A stretch of DNA of 63,845 nt, filler included, from Octopus bimaculoides (taxonomy: Eukaryota), in assembly GCF_001194135.2 (NCBI RefSeq). It is 5 parts of 5 records of this genome, joined end to end, with 100 filler letters (N's around TTAATTAATTAA, not from the genome) between each part and the next. Parts side by side here need not be neighbours in the genome. Positions count along the whole stretch, not along the records: positions 44,313 to 51,163 come from NC_068982.1; positions 51,264 to 63,845 come from NC_068988.1; 3 more parts are not named here. One strand, given 5' to 3'. The translations under genes and the position numbers were made by a program. Under the pieces are notes generated by a model. That model was given only the letters and a program-made list of their open reading frames with translations. It was not told the origin of the DNA and did no database searches. Positions 49,538 through 63,845 of this stretch are shown here, one piece after another. Numbering within the stretch: position 1 is the first letter of the stretch; each line of letters begins with the position of its first letter.

Positions 49538-50979
49538 ATTCTCATTTTTCCAGGTTTACTTAATGAAATTAATTTTCATTTCGGATTTTTTTCTGTCATT
49601 GAATATTTTTAAATGTGTGCCCCTTACTTGAATTATACAACAAGGTCGGTTTAAAAGATATTTCCATTTTTTTCTAAATACATTCCGGCAAATTCGAACG
49701 TGAATATGCTAATCTATGTCTTCTGCGAAGGAAGGTACTGCGAACACCTTCCTTCGCAGCACACTCAATTCAGTGATATAAGGAGGCCATAAGATACTGC
49801 AGTGTTTCGACCTGATTATGTATCTTCAGTCAAGACTACCCCCTGATCACTGAGCTTAAACATGAGTGAAGGATTGCCCTCATATGGATGAATCGAGTGT
49901 TTTGTGAACGCAAAACGCCCGAGAAGAGTAGTTGTTCTCCGCCGACGAAATACAACAGCGACTAGGTTATTCTTGTTTGAATCTGCCGGAAACGTAAGGT
50001 AGAGAAAGCAGCAGAAAGGTAAGCATAAAGAAAGAAGGAAGTCGCACGCTAAGGAGGACAGAGAGCATATCATTCAACCTTGACAAAACGATTTTTAAAG
50101 AACTTTAGACGAAGCCAGGGCTGGAAAAAGATTGACAGACCAGTCGAACGGTCAGTTAAAAAAAATGGGAAGCATGAGAAACAGGAAAAGAAGAAAAGGG
50201 AGCAAGTTGATTGAGAGAAAGACAGAGAGTGAAAGAAGGGAAGAGCTGTTGTAGAGCCAAACCAATGAAGGTTATTCTACATAGACAAAAGAAGGTATAT
50301 CGAGTATCATAAAATAAGTTCTTGGTTTATTAAAATCCTCCTCACTTCTTGAGGATGTGTCTCAATAACCAAATGGCATTTGAGAACAGCTCCACTTGAG
50401 AAGGGGAGATGGCATCAAGAATTCAAGTTGACATGCCTTTAAGAAAACGAACAGATTAATTGTCTGGAGATAAGACAGTCGTAGACGTGTTTCTGGCTCA
50501 ATAGATGCCATGGCTACGACAATTGGCTAATCTTATCTCAAGTAACCAAAAAAACATAGACATTTGCAAAAATATTCTATATGGTTACTCTACCAAGTAT
50601 AAATAACATCTAGAGCCCCACTCAAATCATGTCATAGCATCTTAAGCGAAGAATGAAAAATAAATCCCTAAAATCATAGATATTGCAGACAGATGGGATT
50701 GTCACGGTTGTAAAGCTAAAGATCAAATGCCTGCCCAATAAAAACTGACCTGCTACTAAACAACATCTAAATTAACCAAATCCAAAACACAAACATCAAA
50801 CATCGCTGCTTCCTTTTGTTTCGCTTTTCCCCGCCAAACCTTTCTCCCACCACCTCTACCACCATATTTTTCTTCTCACCCTACTCATCCCTTTTACCAC
50901 ATTCAGTTCTCCCTGAAATTTATACCACATCATAGCAACAACCACGATAACAAACACCAAACAATTCATTACTAATACT

Positions 50980-51140
50980 AACCAACCGACCAACCAGCCA
51001 GCCAGCCAGCCAGCCGACTAACCAGCCAGCCAACCAGCCAACCAGTCGACCAGCCAGCCAGCCGACCGACCGACCGACCGACCGACCGACTAATTTGCTA
51101 AACCAGCCAACTAACCAGCTAAGCCTTCCAGCAAGCCAGC
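50980..51140. repeat. Mixed tetranucleotide tract (CAAC/CAGC/CGAC)n
   Basis: Direct reading. Confidence 0.9.
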
Positions 51141-53203
51141 CAATATTTCTTTTCTTCTTTCTCNNNNNNNNNNNNNNNNNNNNNNNNNNNNNNNNNNNNN
51201 NNNNNNNTTAATTAATTAANNNNNNNNNNNNNNNNNNNNNNNNNNNNNNNNNNNNNNNNNNNNAGAGAGAGAGAATTTCTATTTAAAGCAAAAAGTAAAT
51301 GGTTCGAGAATTTTATCAGGCATAAAAATAAGATAGTATCTAAAACTTTTATCAAAATATCTGCTACCGGTTTCAATGGCTTTAAAAATTTAAATATAGC
51401 CTTATATATCATATATTATCCATGATAAATATCTCAAAGCATTTTCCTCTTTAATCGCTTCACAGGTATGTGGAGGAAAGAGAGAATGTGTGTGTGTGCG
51501 CTGGGGGGGGGAATGCGTGCGTGTGTCTGTGTGTGTAGAGCAGTAATATATTTGTGTAGCGAAGATAATTTCAACTTATCATGACATTATTTTATGTACT
51601 AATAATCTCTTCGAAAACAGTGCAAGGCAATGTGTGTGTGATCAATAAAAGAGGGAGTGAGAGAGAGATGGAGAGTGATAGAGAGAGAGAGAGGGGAGAG
51701 AGAGAAAGAGAGAAAGGAAGAGAGAGTGGCAGACAGGGAAGGAGAGACTGTCTGGGAGAGAGAATAGGTGATACACTTTTCTTTCTCTCTCTTGACTTTC
51801 TTTCCCGCCTCTTTATCTATTGAGATACAGGCGTAATCTTATTGAGACACAGAGATAGGCTTATCGAGATACAGAGGCAGCCTTACTGAGAAACAGAGGT
51901 AGCCTTATAGAGATACGGAGGTAGAACATCACCGCTTCTACCATCACCATTTATTCTCTATTATTTATTGCAGACATTCTTTATTTCTCTCTTATTTCTC
52001 TCTCTATTGATTCCACTTTCCGCCCCCAATATATTTTCTTTTTACTAAGTTTTAATCACTCTCTCTAGTTACTTTGTTAATATTTATTTTTTATCTCTCT
52101 AGCAGTTTCTCTGCATCCATCTCCATTTAAGATTATCAACGTCAGCATAACAGCGGCCGCCTGCGGTACACCAATAAATATGACGACTAAATCTTAATTG
52201 AGTTATTTCATTTAGCGTGACGCAAAAGATAGGTAACGCTGACACACTCTCTCCCTCTTTCCTCCCTCTCCCTCTGTACATATATTTGTGTGTTTTTATA
52301 TATGCATATATATAAAAAAATGTCTGGGATCTATTTCAAAACGGGGGCACCAGTATTTTCTTAACGAAACACTAACGAAACAGTTTGAAACTTGGGACAC
52401 TGGTAGAATGTGCCATATAAAACATCTTTTACTCTTATTCTTCTTAAGAAAAAAACGTACATCGCAAGTTATTCCATGTTAAAGTTGTCGTATTTCTGTA
52501 ATTTCAACCAATCACTGACGTCTATTCAGCTGAATAGAGTTACTGCTGGGCGGTCATAAAAATGTTATTCCCTGTGACATATTTCATCCGGTTTAATCGT
52601 AATTTATACGCATATATTGTTTATATAATAAATTACGCTGTGCGTATCTATGTGTGTAACACTTTTAGAGTTTGGATNNNNNNNNNNNNNNNNNNNNNNN
52701 NNNNNNNNNNNNNNNNNNNNNNNNNNNNNNNNNNNNNNNNNNNNNNNNNNNNNNNNNNNNNNNNNNNNNNNNNNNNNNNNNNNNNNNNNNNNNNNNNNNN
52801 NNNNNNNNNNNNNNNNNNNNNNNNNNNNNNNNNNNNNNNNNNNNNNNNNNNNNNNNNNNNNNNNNNNNNNNNNNNNNNNNNNNNNNNNNNNNNNNNNNNN
52901 NNNNNNNNNNNNNNNNNNNNNNNNNNNNNNNNNNNNNNNNNNNNNNNNNNNNNNNNNNNNNNNNNNNNNNNNNNNNNNNNNNNNNNNNNNNNNNNNNNNN
53001 NNNNNNNNNNNNNNNNNNNNNNNNNNNNNNNNNNNNNNNNNNNNNNNNNNNNNNNNNNNNNNNNNNNNNNNNNNNNNNNNNNNNNNNNNNNNNNNNNNNN
53101 NNNNNNNNNNNNNNNNNNNNNNNNNNNNNNNNNNNNNNNNNNNNNNNNNNNNNNNNNNNNNNNNNNNNNNNNNNNNNNNNNNNNNNNNNNNNNNNNNNNN
53201 NNN

Positions 53204-53235
<32 letters not shown>

Positions 53236-54312
53236 AATGTATGCATGTATAGTGAGATAGGAGTAAGCATTGGCAGTCACAGAGAAATAGAAAATGTGAT
53301 GTAGACAGAACGGCCTGATTAGAAAGTGCGAGAATTTTGATAGTGAATGAGAAGTTATATGTATGTGATTGTATCAATTCATATGTATATGTGAGATACT
53401 CCCCACTCTTTTTATTTGCTACACTGTCTAGAAGAACAAAATTCAAATTTGGTTTAGTCTAGAATTGAAATCAGAATGTAGAACGACGTATCTAACACGG
53501 CCATCACATCAAATCGGCTAGCAATTCGGCTTAAACACTGTCGATGATCGCCTTTTCTATCCAAAACATATGCAAACTGGATATTCATGTATTTGACCTT
53601 CAATGGTGACATTTGTATAAAGATATATGCGATTGGCATATTTCCTTTGGAGAGACACTCACAAATAATTGCAAGAAATGCTGAAGTTGACCTGTTCATA
53701 GCAAAGTTTGAATAAATTTTCTTGGAATCATATACACTATAAGCAATTTTAAATATAAGTATATGTGTCTATATGTCTTTTGTGTTTATATATGTATATA
53801 TGTCTATGTAAACATACATATGTACACAGCATTCGACTTAGCAAGGGTTTTTCAACTTGTTACTTACATGTTGTTATTTATACGTGTATCGAGATCCAGT
53901 TCTATGCGCGCGTGCACACGCACATGCACATTATTTATATATATACAGGGTGAGCAAAAGTGTACGTACTCCGTTATATGTATATATAAATCCAAAAAAT
54001 GAAACAAGAATACAACAGACGACAATAAAACATCCAGATAGACGATACAAAGACGAACAGGAAAAACAAAAAAAAAACGATGGACAGGAAAAAACAACGA
54101 CGGGTCATTCGCAACCTTCTCACAGATAAGTTTGTGACCAGCCAGATTTGAACAGTCTCAAGTGTAACCGGCCGAAACTGTAAAGATGATCTGGAAATTT
54201 GTCTGAGAGAAGCCTGCGAATGACCCGTCCTTGTTTTTTCCTCTCCGTCTTTGTATCGTGTTTTTGTCCGGATGTTTTATTTTCATCTCTTGTGTTCTTG
54301 TTTCATTTTTGA

Positions 54313-54390
<78 letters not shown>

Positions 54391-57300
54391 ATACATACAC
54401 ATATGAAGAGAGAGACAGAGAGAGAGAGAGAGAGCGGGGGAGGGGTAAAGAGACCTAGTAAAGTAAACACACATAAGCTTGAGACGTATATTTACATGGA
54501 GCACGTAATGTAGATATAAAATACAGGATATCATGTGATGTATATTTCACCTCGACAGCTGTTTCAAGATTAGGATTGCACTGTTGCCACTTACCGCTGC
54601 CTTGTTACTGGTTCTGGATGAAAATTCTGGAGTTTAAGTTCACACTAGTTTGGGTACTACAGGGTGATATGTATACTGCACTTATTTTGTTCTCATCTCT
54701 CTCCACCCTCTGAAAACACGCACACGCTTGTATGTATAGGCATGAATTCAGTCAAAGGGGATATAAAGTGTTAAAACAAATTAAGGGAAGCAAAGTGTTA
54801 AAATATAAATAGAAGTATCGTTTTATCGCAACATTGCTTTTTTTGAAAATGTAAACAAGGAGAGCTATTAGTGATATTTCGCAACAGTGTTCTGATAGCG
54901 CGGGATTATTGCCACAGTTTATGTCGAGCAAAGACATTGCCATATCTACAGTTTGATCAACTAACAGCAATAATGTTAGTAGCTAGTTTTAATGTATAAA
55001 TTTATTACTTGATATCTAGGTAGAGTAATGGAATACATTCTCAGGAGGAGCAGAAAATGTAACAGATAACACCTGGGAATTTTTTTATGAGACTTCGCTA
55101 TAATGGGACATGGATTACTGTTAGGTATGTCATAAATTATATCTTCTTTATTGGAGTTGGTATTTACCTTGATAATTCACCCTAGGGTCTATAACCATTT
55201 AACATTTCTTCAAATGAGATATGATGATATAATGCATAAGCACTGAGGCGCACATATATATCAAACCTGTATGTGTGTGTGCGTGTACTCTACATTAAAG
55301 AAGTACGTTAGGTTCGTAAAATAAATTAGACTGTATTATCCCCATATTACAATAACCTGTAGCGCTCACGATTTAGAAAATTGCTAATCAAACTATTCCA
55401 TTATTTTACAAGTAGTGTTAACATTTGTGCGTGTGCGCGTATAATATATATATATATATATATATATCGCTTTCCGTAAATATGTTGCTTATTCTTTTGG
55501 TAGTTTTTCACTTATTTAGTCCCTCGAAGCGTGAGGCATTAATACACAGTTAATGCCCTTTATATATAAGTATTTATATTTATGATGAAATGATGAATTT
55601 TTTTCATTACGAAAATTTTTCGTTATTTTTTCATTTTGAGGTTTTTTTCACGCTGACTACTTGATAAATTCTTATAAAGAATTTATCCTATATTNNNNNN
55701 NNNNNNNNNNNNNNNNNNNNNNNNNNNNNNNNNNNNNNNNNNNNNNNNNNNNNNNNNNNNNNNNNNNNNNNNNNNNNNNNNNNNNNNNNNNNNNNNNNNN
55801 NNNNNNNNNNNNNNNNNNNNNNNNNNNNNNNNNNNNNNNNNNNNNNNNNNNNNNNNNNNNNNNNNNNNNNNNNNNNNNNNNNNNNNNNNNNNNNNNNNNN
55901 NNNNNNNNNNNNNNNNNNNNNNNNNNNNNNNNNNNNNNNNNNNNNNNNNNNNNNNNNNNNNNNNNNNNNNNNNNNNNNNNNNNNNNNNNNNNNNNNNNNN
56001 NNNNNNNNNNNNNNNNNNNNNNNNNNNNNNNNNNNNNNNNNNNNNNNNNNNNNNNNNNNNNNNNNNNNNNNNNNNNNNNNNNNNNNNNNNNNNNNNNNNN
56101 NNNNNNNNNNNNNNNNNNNNNNNNNNNNNNNNNNNNNNNNNNNNNNNNNNNNNNNNNNNNNNNNNNNNNNNNNNNNNNNNNNNNATTTTAATTTTTATTC
56201 TCTCTACCCTAAACATCCCATGTGCTGTGTCTATAAATTCATATACATACATAAAAATTCACACATATACATACGATCATCAATGACAAAGAATCTCTCA
56301 AATAACCACTCAGGAGCATTCTTTCTCTAAAAGTCAGGAAAGCAAAACCAGCTCATAACTTTTTAAACTAACACACACACACGCACACACAGACACAGAC
56401 ACACACACGCACACACGCACACGCACCCCCAAACGCACGCGCACCCCCAAACGCACACGCACCCCCACACACGCAAGAACGAAAAGTTTAGTAACCCGCG
56501 ATTCATTATGAATACCTATAAGGAATGAAAGTTTTAATAAATAGCCTTTATCACAGCTCTGTCTACCTTATTTTACTTATATGCTAATGCACACCACAAC
56601 AAATATTTCTTTCTCGCTCTCTCTATATATATGCTTATATATGTTATAGTATTTCTGTCTGTCTTCCTCTGTCTTTCTTTCTCTCCCTCTTTATCTGTTT
56701 CTCTTTCTCACTCTATCTATCTATTGATTGATTTATCTATCTATATATGAAAGCAATAAACTCAATAACAAAGAAGACAACACATGACACTTGATTAATC
56801 CAATTTTGTAACACGTGCAATATAAGTGTAAATGTTTAACAGAAGGAGTCTTGATATTTTGAACAATACTCCTTCATCAGGGAAAAATGCATAGAAGAAA
56901 AGTAAAGGTGGCAACATGTATATGTGAGTATAGGAGTATATCTGCGTATTTATATTAACATAACATGATATATACCAGTGAGGGAGTGAAGTGGCTTGAG
57001 CTAATGGTGAAACAATGATTTTTCTTATTGCTCTAGCTTCATCACTCAATCTCTGTTCCGTGAGTTGAAACAATCCTCTTTTTCTCCATTAATCATACAT
57101 ACGATGTTGAATGTTGTTTAGTTTCAGCTTTTGTCATGTAGCTGTGACGATCATAAATATTTGAGTGTTTAAGGGAATAGTAGGAGAAAGAGAGACAGTT
57201 TGGTGTATAGATTAAATATCATAGATCTGTAAATAGATTTGGCAGATCATGAAGAGATCAGCAATGGGCATTCCTATGCGATAAGGGGACAAAAGCGGCC

Positions 57301-57402
57301 TCAAACTCTTGGGGTCAGCAGAAGTCAAACGTGTTTGATACTACTGGCGATCAATAGGAGCGCTGATCTTGACCTTGAAAAGAAACAATTCACCTTGTTC
57401 TA

Positions 57403-57608
57403 CAGGGTGTCCACAAAGTCTGGATACGTGGGGATTAACACACACTTTAAGAAATTTCTTTTATTTAATGTTTTATGTTATGATTTTATTTACTCCATGT
57501 ACCCACATGGGGATTAACACATACATTAAGAAATTATTATTCCTTATATTTAATTGTTTATGTTATGATTTTATTTACTCCACGTACCCAGACTTTGTGG
57601 ACACCCTG
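57403..57608. mobile_element. Tc1/mariner-type MITE, sister of 3495-3706
   Basis: TIRs cagggtgtccacaaagtctgg / ccagactttgtggacaccctg, TA flanks, same internal duplication. Confidence 0.9.
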
Positions 57609-58359
57609 TATTTTTAATTACTGATTGAAAAAATAATTATATATATACTGTTGTTCACCTCGTTGAATCTTTGAATTTCTGAACTCTTGTTCCTTTGAAA
57701 TTTTTCTTTTCTTTTTATAAGTTTTGCTGTGATTTACAGTTTTTGTAATTGTGAGTAGGCATATTTTGGCAGGTGCTTACCTCCTTAATGTCTTGTTTTT
57801 TTTTTTTGTGTGCATTTAAATGTGTTGCTACAATAAAAGGCATATTTACAAATACAGGTAGTCAGGGAAAAAAGAAAGATAAAATTTTCACAGAAAATTG
57901 TAGATATTAAAGTTTCTAAATTTTTTAGAGATGTTCGTTTGTATGTCCGATCAGAGACGACTGTAATGTTTTTGCAATAAAAAAGGATGTTTGCATTTTC
58001 GAATCATGAGGGAGAAAGGAAAGGAATGGAAAGGAGTGTAAAAATGTCGCAGAAAATTTTGTATATTAAAATTTTAAAATTTACCAGAGATGATCTTGTG
58101 TTTGCCTGAAAAGAGAAAGCTGTAATGTTCCTAGAATAAAGAGGATGTTTACATTTTCGAATACTCAGGGAGATAGGAAAGGATAGGTATTCACAGAAGT
58201 TGCAGATATTAAACTTTTAAAAGTAGATCGTTTGTGTGTTCGTAAACTGTAGATATGTAAGTTTCTTAAACTTATTTTGAAGGAAATATAAAATACTCAC
58301 AGGAAATTGTAGATATTCCTGTCTTTGAGAATTATTTTACAGTTGGCCTGCAGGGTTGT

Positions 58360-58479
<120 letters not shown>

Positions 58480-60466
58480 NNNNNNNNNNNNNNNNNNNNN
58501 NNNNNNNNNNNNNNNNNNNNNNNNNNNNNNNNNNNNNNNNNNNNNNNNNNNNNNNNNNNNNNNNNNNNNNNNNNNNNNNNNNNNNNNNNNNNNNNNNNNN
58601 NNNNNNNNNNNNNNNNNNNNNNNNNNNNNNNNNNNNNNNNNNNNNNNNNNNNNNNNNNNNNNNNNNNNNNNNNNNNNNNNNNNNNNNNNNNNNNNNNNNN
58701 NNNNNNNNNNNNNNNNNNNNNNNNNNNNNNNNNNNNNNNNNNNNNNNNNNNNNNNNNNNNNTATATATATATATATATATGTATGTATATATATGAATGT
58801 ATGTATGTACCTTTATGTACATATCTTTATGTCTGTGTTTGACCGGATGATTGACAGCATATGTACCTTTGTGTGTGTCAATGAGTATGTCTGTGTATGT
58901 TTTCTTACATATGCATATTCACATTTTGTTGTCGTATAAATCATTTTTTTTTCACAAATTTGTTTTTCCTTTATTCGTATGTCTTGAATAGTTTTTTTGT
59001 TTTGATCATTATGAATAAATAGTACTTCTAACAAGTACAATCATGGTGTAATTCCTACACAGATTCAGTGCTGCCGTTATATCTCCAGTTTTATATGCGA
59101 TCAAAATCTCCAATATTTTCTTCTAGTGCATTTCAATTACTATTTCCAAGTGATTGCCCTCGGACAATTTTAGAACACTACTAATGGCTTAGTTTTACAT
59201 TCCATTTGTTCCCTTCATTTTAAGGAAACAATTATACTTATGAAGAATCGTAGCATAAAACGGCAAATAAGCAAACCGTTGAGTTGGAATTCCCAATAAT
59301 ACATATTTGTCTGATAGAAAATGAGGAACATTAGCCAAGGATATTTAAGTCATAGATATTAATAAAAAGTCGATTTTCAATTTTTAATTATGTACTTCCT
59401 GATAGAAAATAGATGTGTCCGCATAAATAATACATTTATAGAAAATTATTACGTTAGATCAGTGAAATAGCGAAAGTTTAAATAAAATTGCGATAGAAAT
59501 GATAGGCCAAGCTTGTGGTGAACTATCTTGTTGAGAATTATAGATTAAAGAATGGCAATAGGATAAAGTGGTTTCTGAAAAGTGGTAATTTAAGTATAGA
59601 GTTCTTCGCTTTCACCTACTGTATCCATAAAATGTAGAAGCTAATGAAATGAAAAGTAGAAAAAGAACTACCAAAGGGTCGTACAAAGATATTGACTTAC
59701 AGAAAATCACTGTTTTTAGTAAATTGCTTTCGTTGTCATTCTATATTTATCTGAAAAGTGGAGTAAGTCACGTGGCTAAGAGAAAGCAGTGAATGATCAG
59801 GTTCGGAAAAATATTATGTTTAAGTAAGGGTTAGTTCAGTCGCCTACATTTTCGTAATATAGATTTCACCATCTCCGAATTTTATTTACTGAACTCTTGG
59901 GAAGATATCACATACACTTAGGTAAAATGCCTTAATAGCGTATAAAGAGTAATTCTCATTTATACATAGTCATGCGCGCGCGCGCACGGCATTTTATACA
60001 TGAGTGTGTGTGTGTGTTTTTGTGCGTGTCATGGTCGCTTTGATTGCAATATATTGCTTGCTGGAGCAGGCCTTGGCTATCGCTCTGGCGACAAGGTACT
60101 CGCGACTGAAGAAGAGCCAACCAGCTCGAAAATGAGTCAGCTTCGCAATCCTGCTAGCAATGTATATTGTACACAAAGGGTGCAGTGCCGCACCGACAAC
60201 CAACTGGGGGAATATTTGCCTGGGGTAAAACTATTAGTAACATGGAACAGCCATTGATGTGGCGATTGTCTTTACTTGTTCTGCACACACACACACGCAC
60301 ACACACACACACACACACACGTGTATGTATGTGTCTGTGTATATGTGTATATATATATGTTTCGGCTAGGGTAGCCACTTTCGGAGTGCTCGATGATGGA
60401 TTTACTGGCCGAAACTCTGAAGTCAGTCATTGTCAACGATATTCTTCGCAAGAATAATATATGTAT

Positions 60467-60505
<39 letters not shown>

Positions 60506-61610
60506 CGTGTGTGTGTGTGCGTGTGTATGTGTGTGTGTGTGAGTGTATGTGTGCGTGTGCATGTGTGTGTGTGTGTGTTTATGTGTATATGCATGAATGT
60601 GTATGCCTATCTACATATGTGTCTTTCTGTCTCTGTTGTTTTTGTTCCCAACACTACTTTACAACCGGCGGGGAATTGTTTATCTTCCCATAACCTAGCG
60701 GTTCGGCAAAGGGTGACGACGACAAACATGTAAAATCTCTAAGATAAAAGATAAAATAATGAACTATTTTCTTATATTAGAGGAAGTTCCCCCCACAGTA
60801 TTACAAATCTTGAATGAACGCAATTGATCTATTAACTATAGTTGCCGAGGAATAGAAGATTTGCAAATATATAGAAATATTGGCTTCCAGTTTACGGTAT
60901 GTACCAGTTGCACAATGTTTAGAGGGTATTGTATTATATTCCACCCTAACGTTAACTTTAATATGTTATATACCGCAGTTATTGTTTGAGTTAAGTTAAC
61001 ATAACTTGTGAAATAAATAAATACTCTAAAACGTACTTAACGATTATATATTCTCTTAAACTATATTCCCCGTATCTAAATTTTCGGCGCTTTCTAAATT
61101 TTCATATCTCAGCCATAACATTCTTGAATAAACGACGAGCTTATACGAACTTATATCTTAATTTGAATACCTAATCTCTATGCTCTGAAATATTTGTTGA
61201 TTTTTGTTTCCTTCCCTAGAAGGTGTTCTTCATATACCCGCATGTTAATAAGGATTTATGCAAAGCAAAATGAAAGTATCGAGAGTCGTAAATGTTTGTA
61301 AAGTATGTTTAGTGATAAGATGTCTCCCAAGTTTTAACGTAACAACTACCGGAAAATATGCTTGAACAAGAACAAAAATGTATAATTTTCTTTAATACTG
61401 ACATAAGACGAGTTTTATGGGATATTTGAATATGTTATCCATCACTACTTCTCCCCGTTCCATACTTCTGTATCTCTCCTAGTCTCTCTCACCTCTACAC
61501 TCACAACCAAATATTTGCGGGTATGTATATACACACAAATATGAATAAAAGCCATTTTCTTCTAACGATATTTCCATATATATGATCGCGTGCGTGTGTA
61601 CACGCACGCG

Positions 61611-61706
<96 letters not shown>

Positions 61707-63845
61707 AACACACAAACGACGAAATACACTACATGTAGATTTGGCAGTAGACTTCATTTTAAGCCAGACCGATTTGTAATTCATCATTTTCTGTGGCAGT
61801 TTGTATTGTATGCAAATACATTGTTTCGTTTATTATATTGGCTGTCTTAAAAAATATTTGAAAAAGGACACGAATCGCTGATATGTTTCCAATTTATGTT
61901 TAACGTTACATCTCAGCATATGTATGTGTATGCCTATCTACATATGTGTCTTTCTGTCTGTGTTGTTTTTATTCCGAAGACTACTTTACAACCATATTTC
62001 CGTATATCATTTAAGTGTATGTATGTATGTCTGTATGTCTGTCTGTGTGTCTGTCTGTATGTATGCATGTATATATATATATATATATNNNNNNNNNNAA
62101 CACACGGGAGTTAAGGACAGGACAATTAAAAAAAAAAGGAAAACTACACATTACCTACAGGGTACCATCAAAGACTGAAAAATACGTAAGCACACAGAGA
62201 TAAGTACGAGACAAAATACCACAGGAAGTCTTACTCCTCCTCAGTTGTCGACTGTTTATTACTAACCTCTTTCGAGCCTTCAACGACAAAAGAAGAAAAC
62301 GTCATATGACAGCAGCATCCAGAAATTTAAAAAATATAAAATTTATGGAGAGTAGGGCTTCGAACGAACAAACGACACGAGAATGGACGTACAGAGTTCA
62401 CAATCGACGGTGACAGACTTTAAGGGCCACTTGGACAAGACGAATTGTAATGGGTAACGCCTGACATAATTTTGAAAGGATACAGAATTGATAGAAAAGG
62501 AAAAGTAGTAGGAGAAAAAATAGTAGAAGAGATAAAATATCGAGATGCGAGAGAAATTACGCCCAGATGGCTTGACGTCCCATTCAAAAAAAAAAAGAGA
62601 GAGACGGGGGAAAATGGCTTGTAGTCACGTGGGATAAACAGGCAGAGGGGAAGGGGGACGAGAGAGACAAGGGAAAGAAACGTGCCCGTCTCTGTGCCTT
62701 TTTTTGGATGGAACGTCTAGCCAGCTGGACGTAATTTCTCTTGCCGCTCGATATTTTTTATTTGTTACTATTGTTTCTTGCCCTACAATTTTTTCTCTTC
62801 CGGTCTTTCAGTCTCATGTCTATCTTTTTTGCTTCTCCCTTTTTCTCACTCCCTTCATTTCTTCCCTTGTCCTCTCTCTTCTCCCCCTTCCCCTCTGCCA
62901 GTTGATCACACGTGAGTACAAACCATTCTTCCCATTCTCTGTTTTTTTTTGTTTTGGATGGAACGTTCAGCTAGCTGGACGTGATTTCTCTCGCCTCACG
63001 ATGTTTTTTACTCTTCTATTTTTTCTCCCCTACACTTTTTACTCTTCTAATACCTTTCCCCTTCAATTTATTCTATATCCTTTCAAAGTTTCTGCCAGTT
63101 GTTGTTTCTGCCATAATGTCAGTTTTCGTCGATCGTTTACTCTGTACGCCTACACTGCTGTCGTTTGTTAATTTGAATCCCTAACTCTATAAATTTTATA
63201 TTTTAAAAATTTCTGCTTACTGCTGTCTCATGAAGTTTTCCTGCCTTGTCATTGAAAGCTCGAAACAGGCAATAATAAACAGTGGAAATCTGAGGAAGAA
63301 TGAGACACCCTGTGGTATTTTGTCCTGTACTTAACTTTTCTGTGTTTACGTACTTTTCGCTCGCTGGTGATGTCCTGTACTTAATGCGTATTTTTAATTA
63401 TTTATAATTGAACGTCACACAGCCTTTGTCAACAGTAAGTTTTTACATTTATGTATATACATATCAGTGGTGTGCGGTGATTTCCGGGGTTGGGCATGCA
63501 ATAAATTTCTCCCCACCCCCGGCAATTTTTCAGTAAATAAATTTTCGTATTCCTACAATTTACATATGGGAGATTCTGAATATGCAATCACCCTCGTATG
63601 ACCTAGAATAAGCAGGGAATAAAAAATGGCTCTGTAAAGATGAGCCTGAAATAAGTGTATTGTTTGTATTTTTCTCTCTCTTCGAAACGTCAGTACTTTC
63701 CCATCCTCACTCTCCCTTAAAAAGTCTAAAAATCACAAGTGAAATGTAATAAAGATTAAATTGGATTCTGTTAATATTTTTGCATATTCGGAATCTCTGT
63801 TTAAGGTAGGAATCAGAAAAAAATGTTTTCACAAAATTCGTTTTT

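Noticed and set aside
50280-50760. Faint resemblance to a Penelope RT motif (DAMATTIG versus VAMGTKMG)
   Set aside because: Too degenerate to support without a profile search.

Overview
AT-rich eukaryotic genomic DNA with dense microsatellites, many N gaps and tRNA-derived SINEs. The repeat types suggest a mollusc, most likely an octopus draft assembly (inference). The one host gene I can support is on the + strand. It has a candidate signal-peptide exon (3107-3157), one 567-nt VWA exon with an intact MIDAS site (6439-7005), and a tandem array of ten intact 111-nt EGF exons plus one truncated copy (7763-20255). All of these exons are phase 1-1 with canonical AG/GT ends. Six EGF repeats carry RGD and six carry KGD. 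Intron homologies show the array grew by recent one- and two-exon duplications. The start exon and the C-terminus are not visible; assembly joins with an artificial TTAATTAATTAA spacer flank the gene. The remaining ~43 kb is decayed transposons (Penelope-like, R4/Dong-type and Tx1/L1 LINEs, Tc1/mariner, pogo-like, MITEs, SINEs), several long inverted repeats and simple repeats. All motif matches and alignments were made by eye; no database search was run.
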